Positions 1 through 5,633 of a DNA stretch of 6,094 bases are shown here, one piece after another. The stretch lies in the IMG/VR virus record IMGVR_UViG_3300045988_068787, positions 1 through 6,094 of that record; one strand, written 5' to 3'. Position numbers and translations under genes: made by a program. The stretch's first letter is position 1, and every line of letters begins with the position of its first letter. Source of the DNA: a virus. The notes below the pieces were generated by a model. It worked only from the letters and a program-made list of their open reading frames with translations. It was not told the origin of the DNA and did no database searches.

Positions 1-55
1 AACGGTTAATACTCTTGTTTCTTTCAACACTACAAAGATACGTAATTTTTCTGAT
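1..55. repeat. Terminal direct repeat, copy 1 (identical to 6040..6094); overlap of a circular genome
   Basis: Base-by-base comparison shows aacggttaatactcttgtttctttcaacactacaaagatacgtaatttttctgat at both 1..55 and 6040..6094. Unit length is 6094-55 = 6039 nt. Confidence 0.95.
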
Positions 56-63
56 TCTCCAAA
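33..63 (-). promoter_or_regulatory. Candidate Bacteroidota-type promoter: -33 TTTG (63..60), 19-nt spacer, -7 TATCTTTG (40..33)
   Basis: The - strand reads aaaaaTTTGgagaatcagaaaaattacgTATCTTTGtagtg. This matches the published Bacteroides consensus TTTG-N19-21-TAnnTTTG exactly. It points toward the first ORF (ATG at 6011 across the junction), which would give a leader of roughly 55 nt. Confidence 0.5.
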
Positions 64-99
64 TTTTTCTGTTACTTTATAACTTTCTTTAACGTTTCC

Positions 100-215
100 A
101 TGGCGCGAGCGACAAATACAGGGTTCTAGGGTGTTACCCTAGAGCGTTAGCACCTTGATATCGCCAAAGGCGCATACCACGACCTTTGGTCGGGTACACG
201 CCTGTCCTTAATCAG
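100..215 (-). other. GC-rich structured non-coding island (candidate origin or structured RNA/ssDNA element)
   Basis: My hand count for 101..210 is 60 G+C of 110 (about 55%), in a visibly AT-rich genome. There is a perfect 8-bp hairpin tctagggt/accctaga at 125..143 with a 3-nt loop. A second hairpin at 162..192 has stems cg+ccaaagg / cctttgg+(t)+cg and a 12-nt loop. On the - strand GCGT-GTACC can also pair with GGTGC-ta-ACGC around the second hairpin. Confidence 0.45.
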
Positions 216-305
216 GTATTGTAGGTAGCTGTCCTTCTGTCCTTCTCTACCCTTTCCTCCCTGTAAAATTAAAATAAAGTCTGCCGCATGGTGTAGTTCG
301 TTCAT
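147..305 (-). CDS. Possible 52-aa ORF, below the ORF-track cutoff and in frame with the Rep stop; probably not an independent gene
   Basis: ATG at 305..303 and TAA at 149..147. Hand translation: MNELHHAADFILILQGGKGREGQKDSYLQYLIKDRRVPDQRSWYAPLAISRC. It has no SD and overlaps the hairpin island and the iterons. Confidence 0.15.
   Translation of the reverse strand: MNELHHAADFILILQGGKGREGQKDSYLQYLIKDRRVPDQRSWYAPLAISRC
202..244. repeat. Three copies of the 8-mer CTGTCCTT (202..209, 229..236, 237..244; the last two tandem), leading into a pyrimidine-rich tract to about 262
   Basis: Read directly: cCTGTCCTTa ... agCTGTCCTTCTGTCCTTctctaccctttcctccctg. The virion-sense strand is correspondingly purine-rich (AAGGACAG x3). 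Confidence 0.7.
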
Positions 306-317
306 TACGGACCAGAC

Positions 318-336
318 GTTATCGTGAAACGATAAC
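318..336 (-). other. Hairpin GTTATCG-loop-CGATAAC that starts at the last base of the Rep TAG stop
   Basis: gttatcg (318..324) and cgataac (330..336) are perfect reverse complements with a 5-nt loop. No T-run follows on the - strand, so it is not a canonical intrinsic terminator. Confidence 0.5.
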
Positions 337-1376
337 TAGAATGGACAATACTCTGCTGATAAGTATTGATACATAATATCTTCTTCTTCTCTTCTGATTT
401 GCCTTCGTTGTGCTTTCTTTCTCTTTGTCAGATTTTGTAACTTGTACATTCTGTTTATTGCTTTTTTTCTGTCAATTTCCTCGATACTGTCATTGTGTAG
501 ACCGATTCCATTTTCATTTTTTTCTTTGAGTAATCTTTCGTAGTAATCTTTGTTTACCGTGTTAGCTCCTATTACTTCGAATCCTTTTACCCACTTGGTT
601 CCTTTGTTTTCGGCGTATAGCCACAGTAATTGTCTTTGATCGTCTGTGTATATGGTTGTTTTGTAGTATCTTGGTAGAGGTAGATCTTGTCCGTTATGAG
701 CTTTGTATGTAATGATTGTTTTCTCTCCATTCCATCTGTGTTTTAGTTGGTTTTCTTTTGCATAGTTTGCTCCAAGTCCTTTGCTGCATAGTACTATACC
801 GATGTAGTCAGGATTGTCTTCATCCTTTTTTGTCATGTATTTTGATATATAGTTTATTGTTCTTTCATTGACATATCTTCCGTAGTATTTATATCCGTCT
901 ATCCAGTTTTCATATAGTAGTTTTGTTAATTGCCATTTTGTTTGTCCTTCTCTTGCATAGTATAGTCCGTGGATGTGTATACGTCTTGTGTTGGTGTGCC
1001 CTTTTTCTGTTACACACCAATGTTTTACCGATTTACCCGTTTCTTTTCTGATTCTTTCCAGGAACAATCTTTGTATTTTTGTGATTATCTCGTTATCTTG
1101 TGATCCGTCATTTTTAAAGCCATATCTTTTACAAATATATTCATATCTTTGTGGAGATACTGTTCCTGTAAAAAACACTGCATGAGGTGTTTCTTTCAGT
1201 TGTTCGTAATTTCTGATTCTCCATTCTCTTCTCTTTTTTTTGCGGCATTCGAAACAGTGTCCGCATTCTACTTCTACATATCTGAATCTTTCGTCTGTGC
1301 ACACAGGCGGATTCCACCTATTCTTACGATTAGGTAGAAACCGCTTATTGAGTACTCTTTTGGTGAAGTAACACAT
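336..1376 (-). CDS. VP4: Replication initiation protein (VP4-type HUH rolling-circle endonuclease)
   Basis: 346-aa ORF. The N-terminal Cys cluster VECGHCFECRKKKRREW (C26/C38/C41/C44) resembles the CGxCxxCR signature of gokusho/alpavirus VP4. Motif I-like FFTGTV is at aa 68-73. The HUH motif RIHIHGLYY has H134-I-H136 at nt 969..977 (cacatccac on the - strand). The Tyr pair Y176-ISK-Y180 in NYISKYMTKK lies at nt 837..851 and has the same YxxxY spacing as phiX174 protein A. The ATG lies 1 nt after the VP2 stop. Confidence 0.9.
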   Translation of the reverse strand: MCYFTKRVLNKRFLPNRKNRWNPPVCTDERFRYVEVECGHCFECRKKKRREWRIRNYEQLKETPHAVFFTGTVSPQRYEYICKRYGFKNDGSQDNEIITKIQRLFLERIRKETGKSVKHWCVTEKGHTNTRRIHIHGLYYAREGQTKWQLTKLLYENWIDGYKYYGRYVNERTINYISKYMTKKDEDNPDYIGIVLCSKGLGANYAKENQLKHRWNGEKTIITYKAHNGQDLPLPRYYKTTIYTDDQRQLLWLYAENKGTKWVKGFEVIGANTVNKDYYERLLKEKNENGIGLHNDSIEEIDRKKAINRMYKLQNLTKRKKAQRRQIRREEEDIMYQYLSAEYCPF

Positions 1377-1377
1377 A

Positions 1378-2481
1378 TTACTTGTTTGGTTTTCTGATTA
1401 CTTTTTCCAGTCTCTTAAGTAGAGATTGTGCTTGTTTGAACTTACTCACAGATCCTATAATCTCTGACAATTGATTGATTCCTCCGAAGATCCATTCTCT
1501 GAGGTTTTTTTGGTTTTCGTTGTCTAGATGTCCTTTTCCGAGCTCATAGTCTTTTGCGATCTTGTCCACCATAGCCGCTGCTTGTTCTTTTGCTGCTTCG
1601 GCTGACATTCTCTTTGTTACCATCTCGTAGTAGAAGTTTTCCACTTCTTTTTGGATCTTTCTTGCGGTGTTGTATTTGACGTCTACGATCGAGTCTTGTA
1701 CGGCTCCTTCTTTTTGTAATAACGTTATCTCCTCCACTAGTTTTGTTACTCTTTCTTCTTGAGTTTCGTCCAGATACTTTGTGTTCAGCATCTCTTGATT
1801 CCAGAGTTCGACTGCTTTCTGTGCATTGGCGTTTGCTTCCGTTACGTTTGCCGCTGCTATATTTTCCTTGCTTAATTGGATTCTGTTTTCAATCTCCTGC
1901 CATTTATTCTCTAGATCTTGCCCTTTAGTGTCGACTCCTGCGATTTTGTTTGCTTCTGCCAATGTTTTGGCTGTTTCAGCACTTGCAAGCCTGTTTTGAG
2001 CCTCTATTTGCTTCAATTGTAGTCCCATTGCTTGTTGTTGTAGTGCTGCTTCTACAGGATTCATTTTCGGCCCGCTTGGCTGCATTCCGTCTCCGCCCGC
2101 TGTGCTTGCTGCTTGTCCTCCTCCGTTGCCGTACATAAGACCTACGCTTAGCCCTGCTTTTTCCATCTCAGCCCTTTGCGCTCCAAAATTCGTGTCTTTC
2201 CACATCTGAAGGTTTCTTTTGTATTCAGCGTCTGCCGCTTGTTGCCCGTAATTATATTGCAGACCCATTCCCTCTTTTTCATACTCCCATGCTTGTTGCA
2301 TTAGTTTCTGTTTGTCTTTTAATCCACCATCGCCTTTGAATAATCCTCCGATTAATCCGAGTCCTCCTCCGATTACTCCTCCGAGCGTTGTTCCTAGCCC
2401 AGGGATTATGCTTCCGATTGATGCTCCTGTAGCAGCTCCGGATAATATTCCGTTAGCTCCTCCTTTTACGTCTAGTGCCAT
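1378..2481 (-). CDS. VP2: DNA pilot / minor capsid protein (VP2-type, functional analogue of phiX174 H)
   Basis: 367-aa ORF. Its first ~55 aa are Gly-rich and hydrophobic with repeated small-xxx-small spacing (GGANGILSGAATGASIGSIIPGLGTTLGGVIGGGLGLIGGLF). The rest is long, Q/E/K/A-rich and predicted helical or coiled-coil. It sits between the capsid module and Rep. The call rests on composition and synteny, not on verified homology. Confidence 0.7.
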   Translation of the reverse strand: MALDVKGGANGILSGAATGASIGSIIPGLGTTLGGVIGGGLGLIGGLFKGDGGLKDKQKLMQQAWEYEKEGMGLQYNYGQQAADAEYKRNLQMWKDTNFGAQRAEMEKAGLSVGLMYGNGGGQAASTAGGDGMQPSGPKMNPVEAALQQQAMGLQLKQIEAQNRLASAETAKTLAEANKIAGVDTKGQDLENKWQEIENRIQLSKENIAAANVTEANANAQKAVELWNQEMLNTKYLDETQEERVTKLVEEITLLQKEGAVQDSIVDVKYNTARKIQKEVENFYYEMVTKRMSAEAAKEQAAAMVDKIAKDYELGKGHLDNENQKNLREWIFGGINQLSEIIGSVSKFKQAQSLLKRLEKVIRKPNK

Positions 2482-2551
2482 AATAATAAATTTTTACATT
2501 CTTCGCGCTTACTTTTGAAGAAGCGCTACCTTTTTTACTTGATACAATATG

Positions 2552-2624
2552 CTATATGCGTACTGCGCTTTTTTGGCTTTAAAAAGCGGATATAAATATT
2601 TACATCCGCCCTTTTCGCATATAG
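2552..2624. repeat. 9-bp perfect inverted repeat ctatatgcg (2552..2560) / cgcatatag (2616..2624) enclosing two mutually exclusive hairpins
   Basis: The arms are exact reverse complements. Between them, cgcttttt (2566..2573) pairs with aaaaagcg (2581..2588), and gcggat (2586..2591) pairs with atccgc (2604..2609). These two inner hairpins share bases 2586..2588, so they cannot form together. Confidence 0.6.
2581..2609 (-). terminator. Candidate rho-independent terminator downstream of the capsid/VP3-like genes
   Basis: The - strand reads GCGGATgtaaatatttatATCCGC followed directly by TTTTT. The loop can extend the stem through taa/tta pairs. The hairpin begins 34 nt after the TAG of the 112-aa ORF. 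Confidence 0.45.
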
Positions 2625-2643
2625 TGTTCGTAGTCGTACCCGA

Positions 2644-2982
2644 CTAGTTGTCTCTAGTTGGATTTGGTTCAGTTACTCCTCCTTCGGATTGATTTTCTGC
2701 CTTCTTTGGTGCTTCGACCTCTCCCTTTTTGAGGTATTCATTCAGTTTGTAGTTATTGACTCTATCCATTGCATCCATAGCTAAAGCCCACTTGTCTGTT
2801 CGTACGTTGCAGTCATCTCTTACTCCCGCTTGTTTAGGCGTATAGATCATAGGTGCTCCGTCCGTTAATGGCTCATTTTCGTCAAGGATTCTTTGGATTT
2901 TTTTGATCAAGGTTTCACCTGTTTCTGTCATCTCGATCATCCCTTCGAAGTTATTTACTCTTATTTTGTTAATTTTTTTCAT
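2644..2982 (-). CDS. Small structural-module protein, possibly an internal scaffolding (VP3-position) protein
   Basis: 112-aa ORF starting 2 nt after the VP1 stop. The segment GAPMIYTPKQAGVRDDCNVRTDKWALAMDAMD resembles a motif I recall from small proteins of gut microviruses. It does not resemble the classical gokushovirus VP3 signature, so the function is inferred from size and position only. Confidence 0.45.
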   Translation of the reverse strand: MKKINKIRVNNFEGMIEMTETGETLIKKIQRILDENEPLTDGAPMIYTPKQAGVRDDCNVRTDKWALAMDAMDRVNNYKLNEYLKKGEVEAPKKAENQSEGGVTEPNPTRDN

Positions 2983-2984
2983 GA

Positions 2985-4934
2985 TTATAAGAATGGAATC
3001 TGTTTTGCACTATAGTTACCTCTTCTCGTTGCCTGTATTACTGTTTGTACCCAGAAGTTTTGGCTTGTTAAATCTGTATCTGCGAAGATCTCGATGTATT
3101 TCTGCGGATCAATGTATGTAGTCAGGTCTTTGATTGTATTATCATCTCCTACATCGTAACGTCTGTTTAATACCATGAAATCTAATGCTTCTCCTGCCGC
3201 AAAATCTCCGTATGTACGGTTGTAGTTAGTCATATAGTCAATCCATGCTACTGTTTTGTTAGCCGCCTTATGTTTCATTCTACTGACGTAGAGACTTCCT
3301 TCATATACGGATGTTTCTCCGACCATTTGCTCTTGAATTAAATCTTGATATCCAATTCCATCAAGTGCTGGTTTGTGTAGGTCGTCGATTGTTTCTAAGT
3401 TTAAGTCAAAATCGTTACCTTGTGAATAGTCGATCATTGGTGTGATAGCCATTAATCCCATGATGTATCCCGGTTCTTCACATTGATAATGTATGTGTCC
3501 GTTGTTTAGCGGTTTACCTCCTCTTCCGATCGCCGCGATATCTCCGAGCGGTTGACTACCGTATGCCGTTTCTGTCGCACTTTTTGATATTACTTCGTCG
3601 AATTCGATATATTGTGTCATACCTCCGATAAACACAGGTGTTTCCGGTCTGTCGAGGTACTTTCCTGCCGTATATACTGTTTCCAACCAATCTCTGTATG
3701 TACCTCCCGATACTGCGATCCTGTTCAGCATGTTGTATACTTTCTGTTGTAAGTTCAGAGCATCCATTGTCAGCTTTCCATCATTGGCTGAGATGTCGAT
3801 ACTTGTTATCTCTGCGATACCCCCTGTTCCATCGATCCAATCTGTTCGTACCCAATTGTTGAAGATGTCGCTGTCATATGTTTTTAACAGCATTCCGCCT
3901 AGTTTGTTACTTTGGCTTTCGATTAAGTCATCAATAAATTTTTTTAATTCGGGACTGCCGTTATTTGCCGCGTCGAAGTTTTCCCCTTTTATTATCAGTG
4001 TCTCATTTCCTTTTTTGTGTAGAATTACATCTCTGATTTGGTCAAGCAGTTTTAAATCGTATTGTTTTAGTTGGGTATTTATGTATTTGATTATATCTTT
4101 ATCGAATTCGACGCTTATAATTTCTGCTATTATGTTTGGAATTTTGTCGATTTTAATTGTATCTCTTGTTGGATTTGAACTCAGGTCTGCCATAGTTGTG
4201 AGTATCTCTCTTCCATCTTTTCTTCCTAGTACTTTTACATTTTTCCAATAATTCGTCCAATTGCTCGATTCGTCAAATGATCCTACTTCAGTGTTACTCG
4301 TTGGAAACAACTTTAAATTTTCTGCTGGGACTTTGTAGATATTGGGACCTATTGATAGTGCACTTAATCCTCCCCTTAACATGTAAAATTTATTTTCCTG
4401 CGTGTTTGCGAAGTAGTTTTTGAATATGTCAAGGTACATGAGTAGAGGTACTCCATTTTTTGCCACCCCTAATGTAGCTTCTGATCCCGTTCTTCGCGAT
4501 TTACTCCAACCAAGGTATTTGTATAATGCAGATGCTGAGATATTCGTTTCTGCTTTAGTTGCTGATCCAACTGTCTTAGCTTTCATCATTGGTATTTTGA
4601 TGTCGCTCATTTTCATACCGATGCCTGTTCGGTTATTGTGTAGCCAGCTATTATATAATCGAAATCCTCCGAAGAACATGAAGTGTTGTAGTTTGAATGA
4701 TCCGAACAGCGGCCCAAGTGTTGGTTGACTCAGTGTTTTGTTTATTAAATTTATGTCTATGATGTCTCCTTTTTGACAAAGTATTTTACAAAACGGAACG
4801 AGCATTCCTACTCCCATTGTTGATCTGAAGACTGTTGATATGTCATGTGTAGACATGTCATAGTCTCTCATTGCGACTTTCATTTTATTGTTGTCGCCTA
4901 GCGTGTCTTTTCCTAAAGTTCTTACAACTGCCAT
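2985..4934 (-). CDS. VP1: Major capsid protein (VP1 / F-type)
   Basis: 649-aa ORF, the largest in the genome. The N-terminal HDISTVFRSTMGVGMLVPFCKILCQKGDII fits the conserved microvirus capsid signature (xDLS...T...G.L.P......PGD-like). AGGAGG lies 8 nt upstream of the ATG. Confidence 0.93.
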   Translation of the reverse strand: MAVVRTLGKDTLGDNNKMKVAMRDYDMSTHDISTVFRSTMGVGMLVPFCKILCQKGDIIDINLINKTLSQPTLGPLFGSFKLQHFMFFGGFRLYNSWLHNNRTGIGMKMSDIKIPMMKAKTVGSATKAETNISASALYKYLGWSKSRRTGSEATLGVAKNGVPLLMYLDIFKNYFANTQENKFYMLRGGLSALSIGPNIYKVPAENLKLFPTSNTEVGSFDESSNWTNYWKNVKVLGRKDGREILTTMADLSSNPTRDTIKIDKIPNIIAEIISVEFDKDIIKYINTQLKQYDLKLLDQIRDVILHKKGNETLIIKGENFDAANNGSPELKKFIDDLIESQSNKLGGMLLKTYDSDIFNNWVRTDWIDGTGGIAEITSIDISANDGKLTMDALNLQQKVYNMLNRIAVSGGTYRDWLETVYTAGKYLDRPETPVFIGGMTQYIEFDEVISKSATETAYGSQPLGDIAAIGRGGKPLNNGHIHYQCEEPGYIMGLMAITPMIDYSQGNDFDLNLETIDDLHKPALDGIGYQDLIQEQMVGETSVYEGSLYVSRMKHKAANKTVAWIDYMTNYNRTYGDFAAGEALDFMVLNRRYDVGDDNTIKDLTTYIDPQKYIEIFADTDLTSQNFWVQTVIQATRRGNYSAKQIPFL

Positions 4935-4937
4935 AGT

Positions 4938-5168
4938 TTATTCCTCCTTTTTTTGTTGTTTTTTTTGGTCTTCCTCCCATTGTTCAGCCTCTTTGCAAGC
5001 ATAGATCAGTGCTGCCACTAGATTCCAATCTGTTGCGTCGATTACTTTTTGAGCTTCTTCTTCTGATTGAAATACTTGCTCAGTAGCCAAGTGATTACCA
5101 ATAGTAATGATAACTTCATCTGTTTCTGCGTCTTTTTTTCTGATTTTGAAAGCTTCTTTTAAGTTCAT
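4938..5168 (-). CDS. Hypothetical acidic 76-aa protein
   Basis: Same strand as the other genes. It lies 5 nt after the previous stop and 3 nt before the VP1 ATG. I count 18 D/E against 11 K/R. No motif recognised. Confidence 0.55.
   Translation of the reverse strand: MNLKEAFKIRKKDAETDEVIITIGNHLATEQVFQSEEEAQKVIDATDWNLVAALIYACKEAEQWEEDQKKQQKKEE
4943..4948 (-). promoter_or_regulatory. Shine-Dalgarno AGGAGG for VP1, embedded in the last codons of the upstream ORF
   Basis: The - strand reads aaaAGGAGGaataaacATG, with 8-nt spacing. No comparable purine motif is visible upstream of any other start codon in the genome. Confidence 0.6.
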
Positions 5169-5173
5169 GATTT

Positions 5174-5374
5174 TTATTTTTTTTGGTTAATATTAACTTT
5201 TGTACTGTCAGCTGAACTAGTTGTTGTTTGTTCAGTTTTTTGAGTACTGTTTTGATTGTTTTTACTCACACTGAGTGCCATTGTACAGCTTTGTGCTGTT
5301 AGAACTGCCGTAATACTGATAATTGCAGTGCATATTATCTTTATGATTTCGTAAGTTATTTTCTTTTTATCCAT
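5174..5374 (-). CDS. Putative small lipoprotein (66-aa precursor, about 37-aa mature); start reassigned to internal Met14 of the 79-aa track ORF
   Basis: From Met14 the sequence is MDKKK + hydrophobic core ITYEIIKIICTAIISITAVLTA + QS-C, which has the n-region / h-region / lipobox-like Cys (codon 5285..5287) layout of a signal peptidase II substrate. The mature part is S/T/N/Q-rich and hydrophilic. This ATG overlaps the upstream stop as ATGGATAA (5367..5374). Confidence 0.55.
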   Translation of the reverse strand: MDKKKITYEIIKIICTAIISITAVLTAQSCTMALSVSKNNQNSTQKTEQTTTSSADSTKVNINQKK

Positions 5375-5633
5375 CGTTAAATAATTTAGTTTGGCAATTA
5401 TTCCATTTTTCAAGGTTGATTTTTTCGTAATCGTAAACAGTTCTACATAGTATCCTCCTTTCTATTTTATTGAATTCATACTCTTTTAATATCTCGTCGT
5501 TCCACATCTGATATGCATTGTCTTTTGTGTTTTTTTGCATATTCAGGTACATGTGCCACTTTAACTCTCGAAATGTATTGAATTTTTGCTCACCATATCT
5601 ATAGTGCACAATTTTTTTCATTTTCTTTCTCAT
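5367..5633 (-). CDS. Hypothetical 88-aa protein (start uncertain: Met1 at 5633 or Met5 at 5621)
   Basis: Same-strand ORF in the compact early block. It overlaps the upstream 70-aa ORF by 35 nt, or 23 nt from Met5. No motif recognised. Confidence 0.5.
   Translation of the reverse strand: MRKKMKKIVHYRYGEQKFNTFRELKWHMYLNMQKNTKDNAYQMWNDEILKEYEFNKIERRILCRTVYDYEKINLEKWNNCQTKLFNDG

Noticed and set aside
1-55. The 55-nt terminal repeat as a biological direct terminal repeat or att site
   Set aside because: Microviridae genomes are covalently closed circles. An exact end overlap of fixed k-mer-like length is the usual signature of an assembler circularising a contig.
101-180. tRNA-like element, because the - strand of the island ends ...GCTCGCGCCA
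   Set aside because: No 5' segment complementary to the would-be acceptor strand (cgctcgc) is present. The candidate T-arm loop (gtaacac or aac) does not fit the TTCRA consensus, and no cloverleaf can be drawn.
209-215. Hammerhead-like CUGAUUA on the - strand
   Set aside because: It differs from the invariant CUGANGA core at an essential G, and no matching GAAA or cleavage-site helices are arranged around it.
973-4728. Nine + strand ORFs of 61-173 aa from the track (973..1185, 1149..1337, 1743..1928, 1950..2138, 2312..2518, 2903..3121, 3638..3862, 3730..4251, 4420..4728)
   Set aside because: All lie fully or mostly antisense to well-supported - strand genes. Their low-complexity S/L/F/I/P-rich products are what is expected from the complement of A/purine-rich coding sequence. 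For example, the Pro-rich 2312..2518 ORF mirrors the Gly-rich VP2 N-terminus. Microviridae are transcribed from one strand only.
5174-5413. Full 79-aa form of the lipoprotein ORF starting at Met1
   Set aside because: It would overlap the upstream ORF by 47 nt and would place 13 extra residues before an otherwise canonical signal-peptide n-region. Met14 (5374) gives the standard architecture and an ATGGATAA start-stop overlap. The longer form cannot be excluded.
5612-5618. A7 run (GAA AAA AAT) in the 70-aa/88-aa overlap as a -1 frameshift site fusing the two ORFs
   Set aside because: The 88-aa frame is +1, not -1, relative to the 70-aa frame. Canonical -1 slippage would therefore not join them, and I saw no downstream stimulatory structure.
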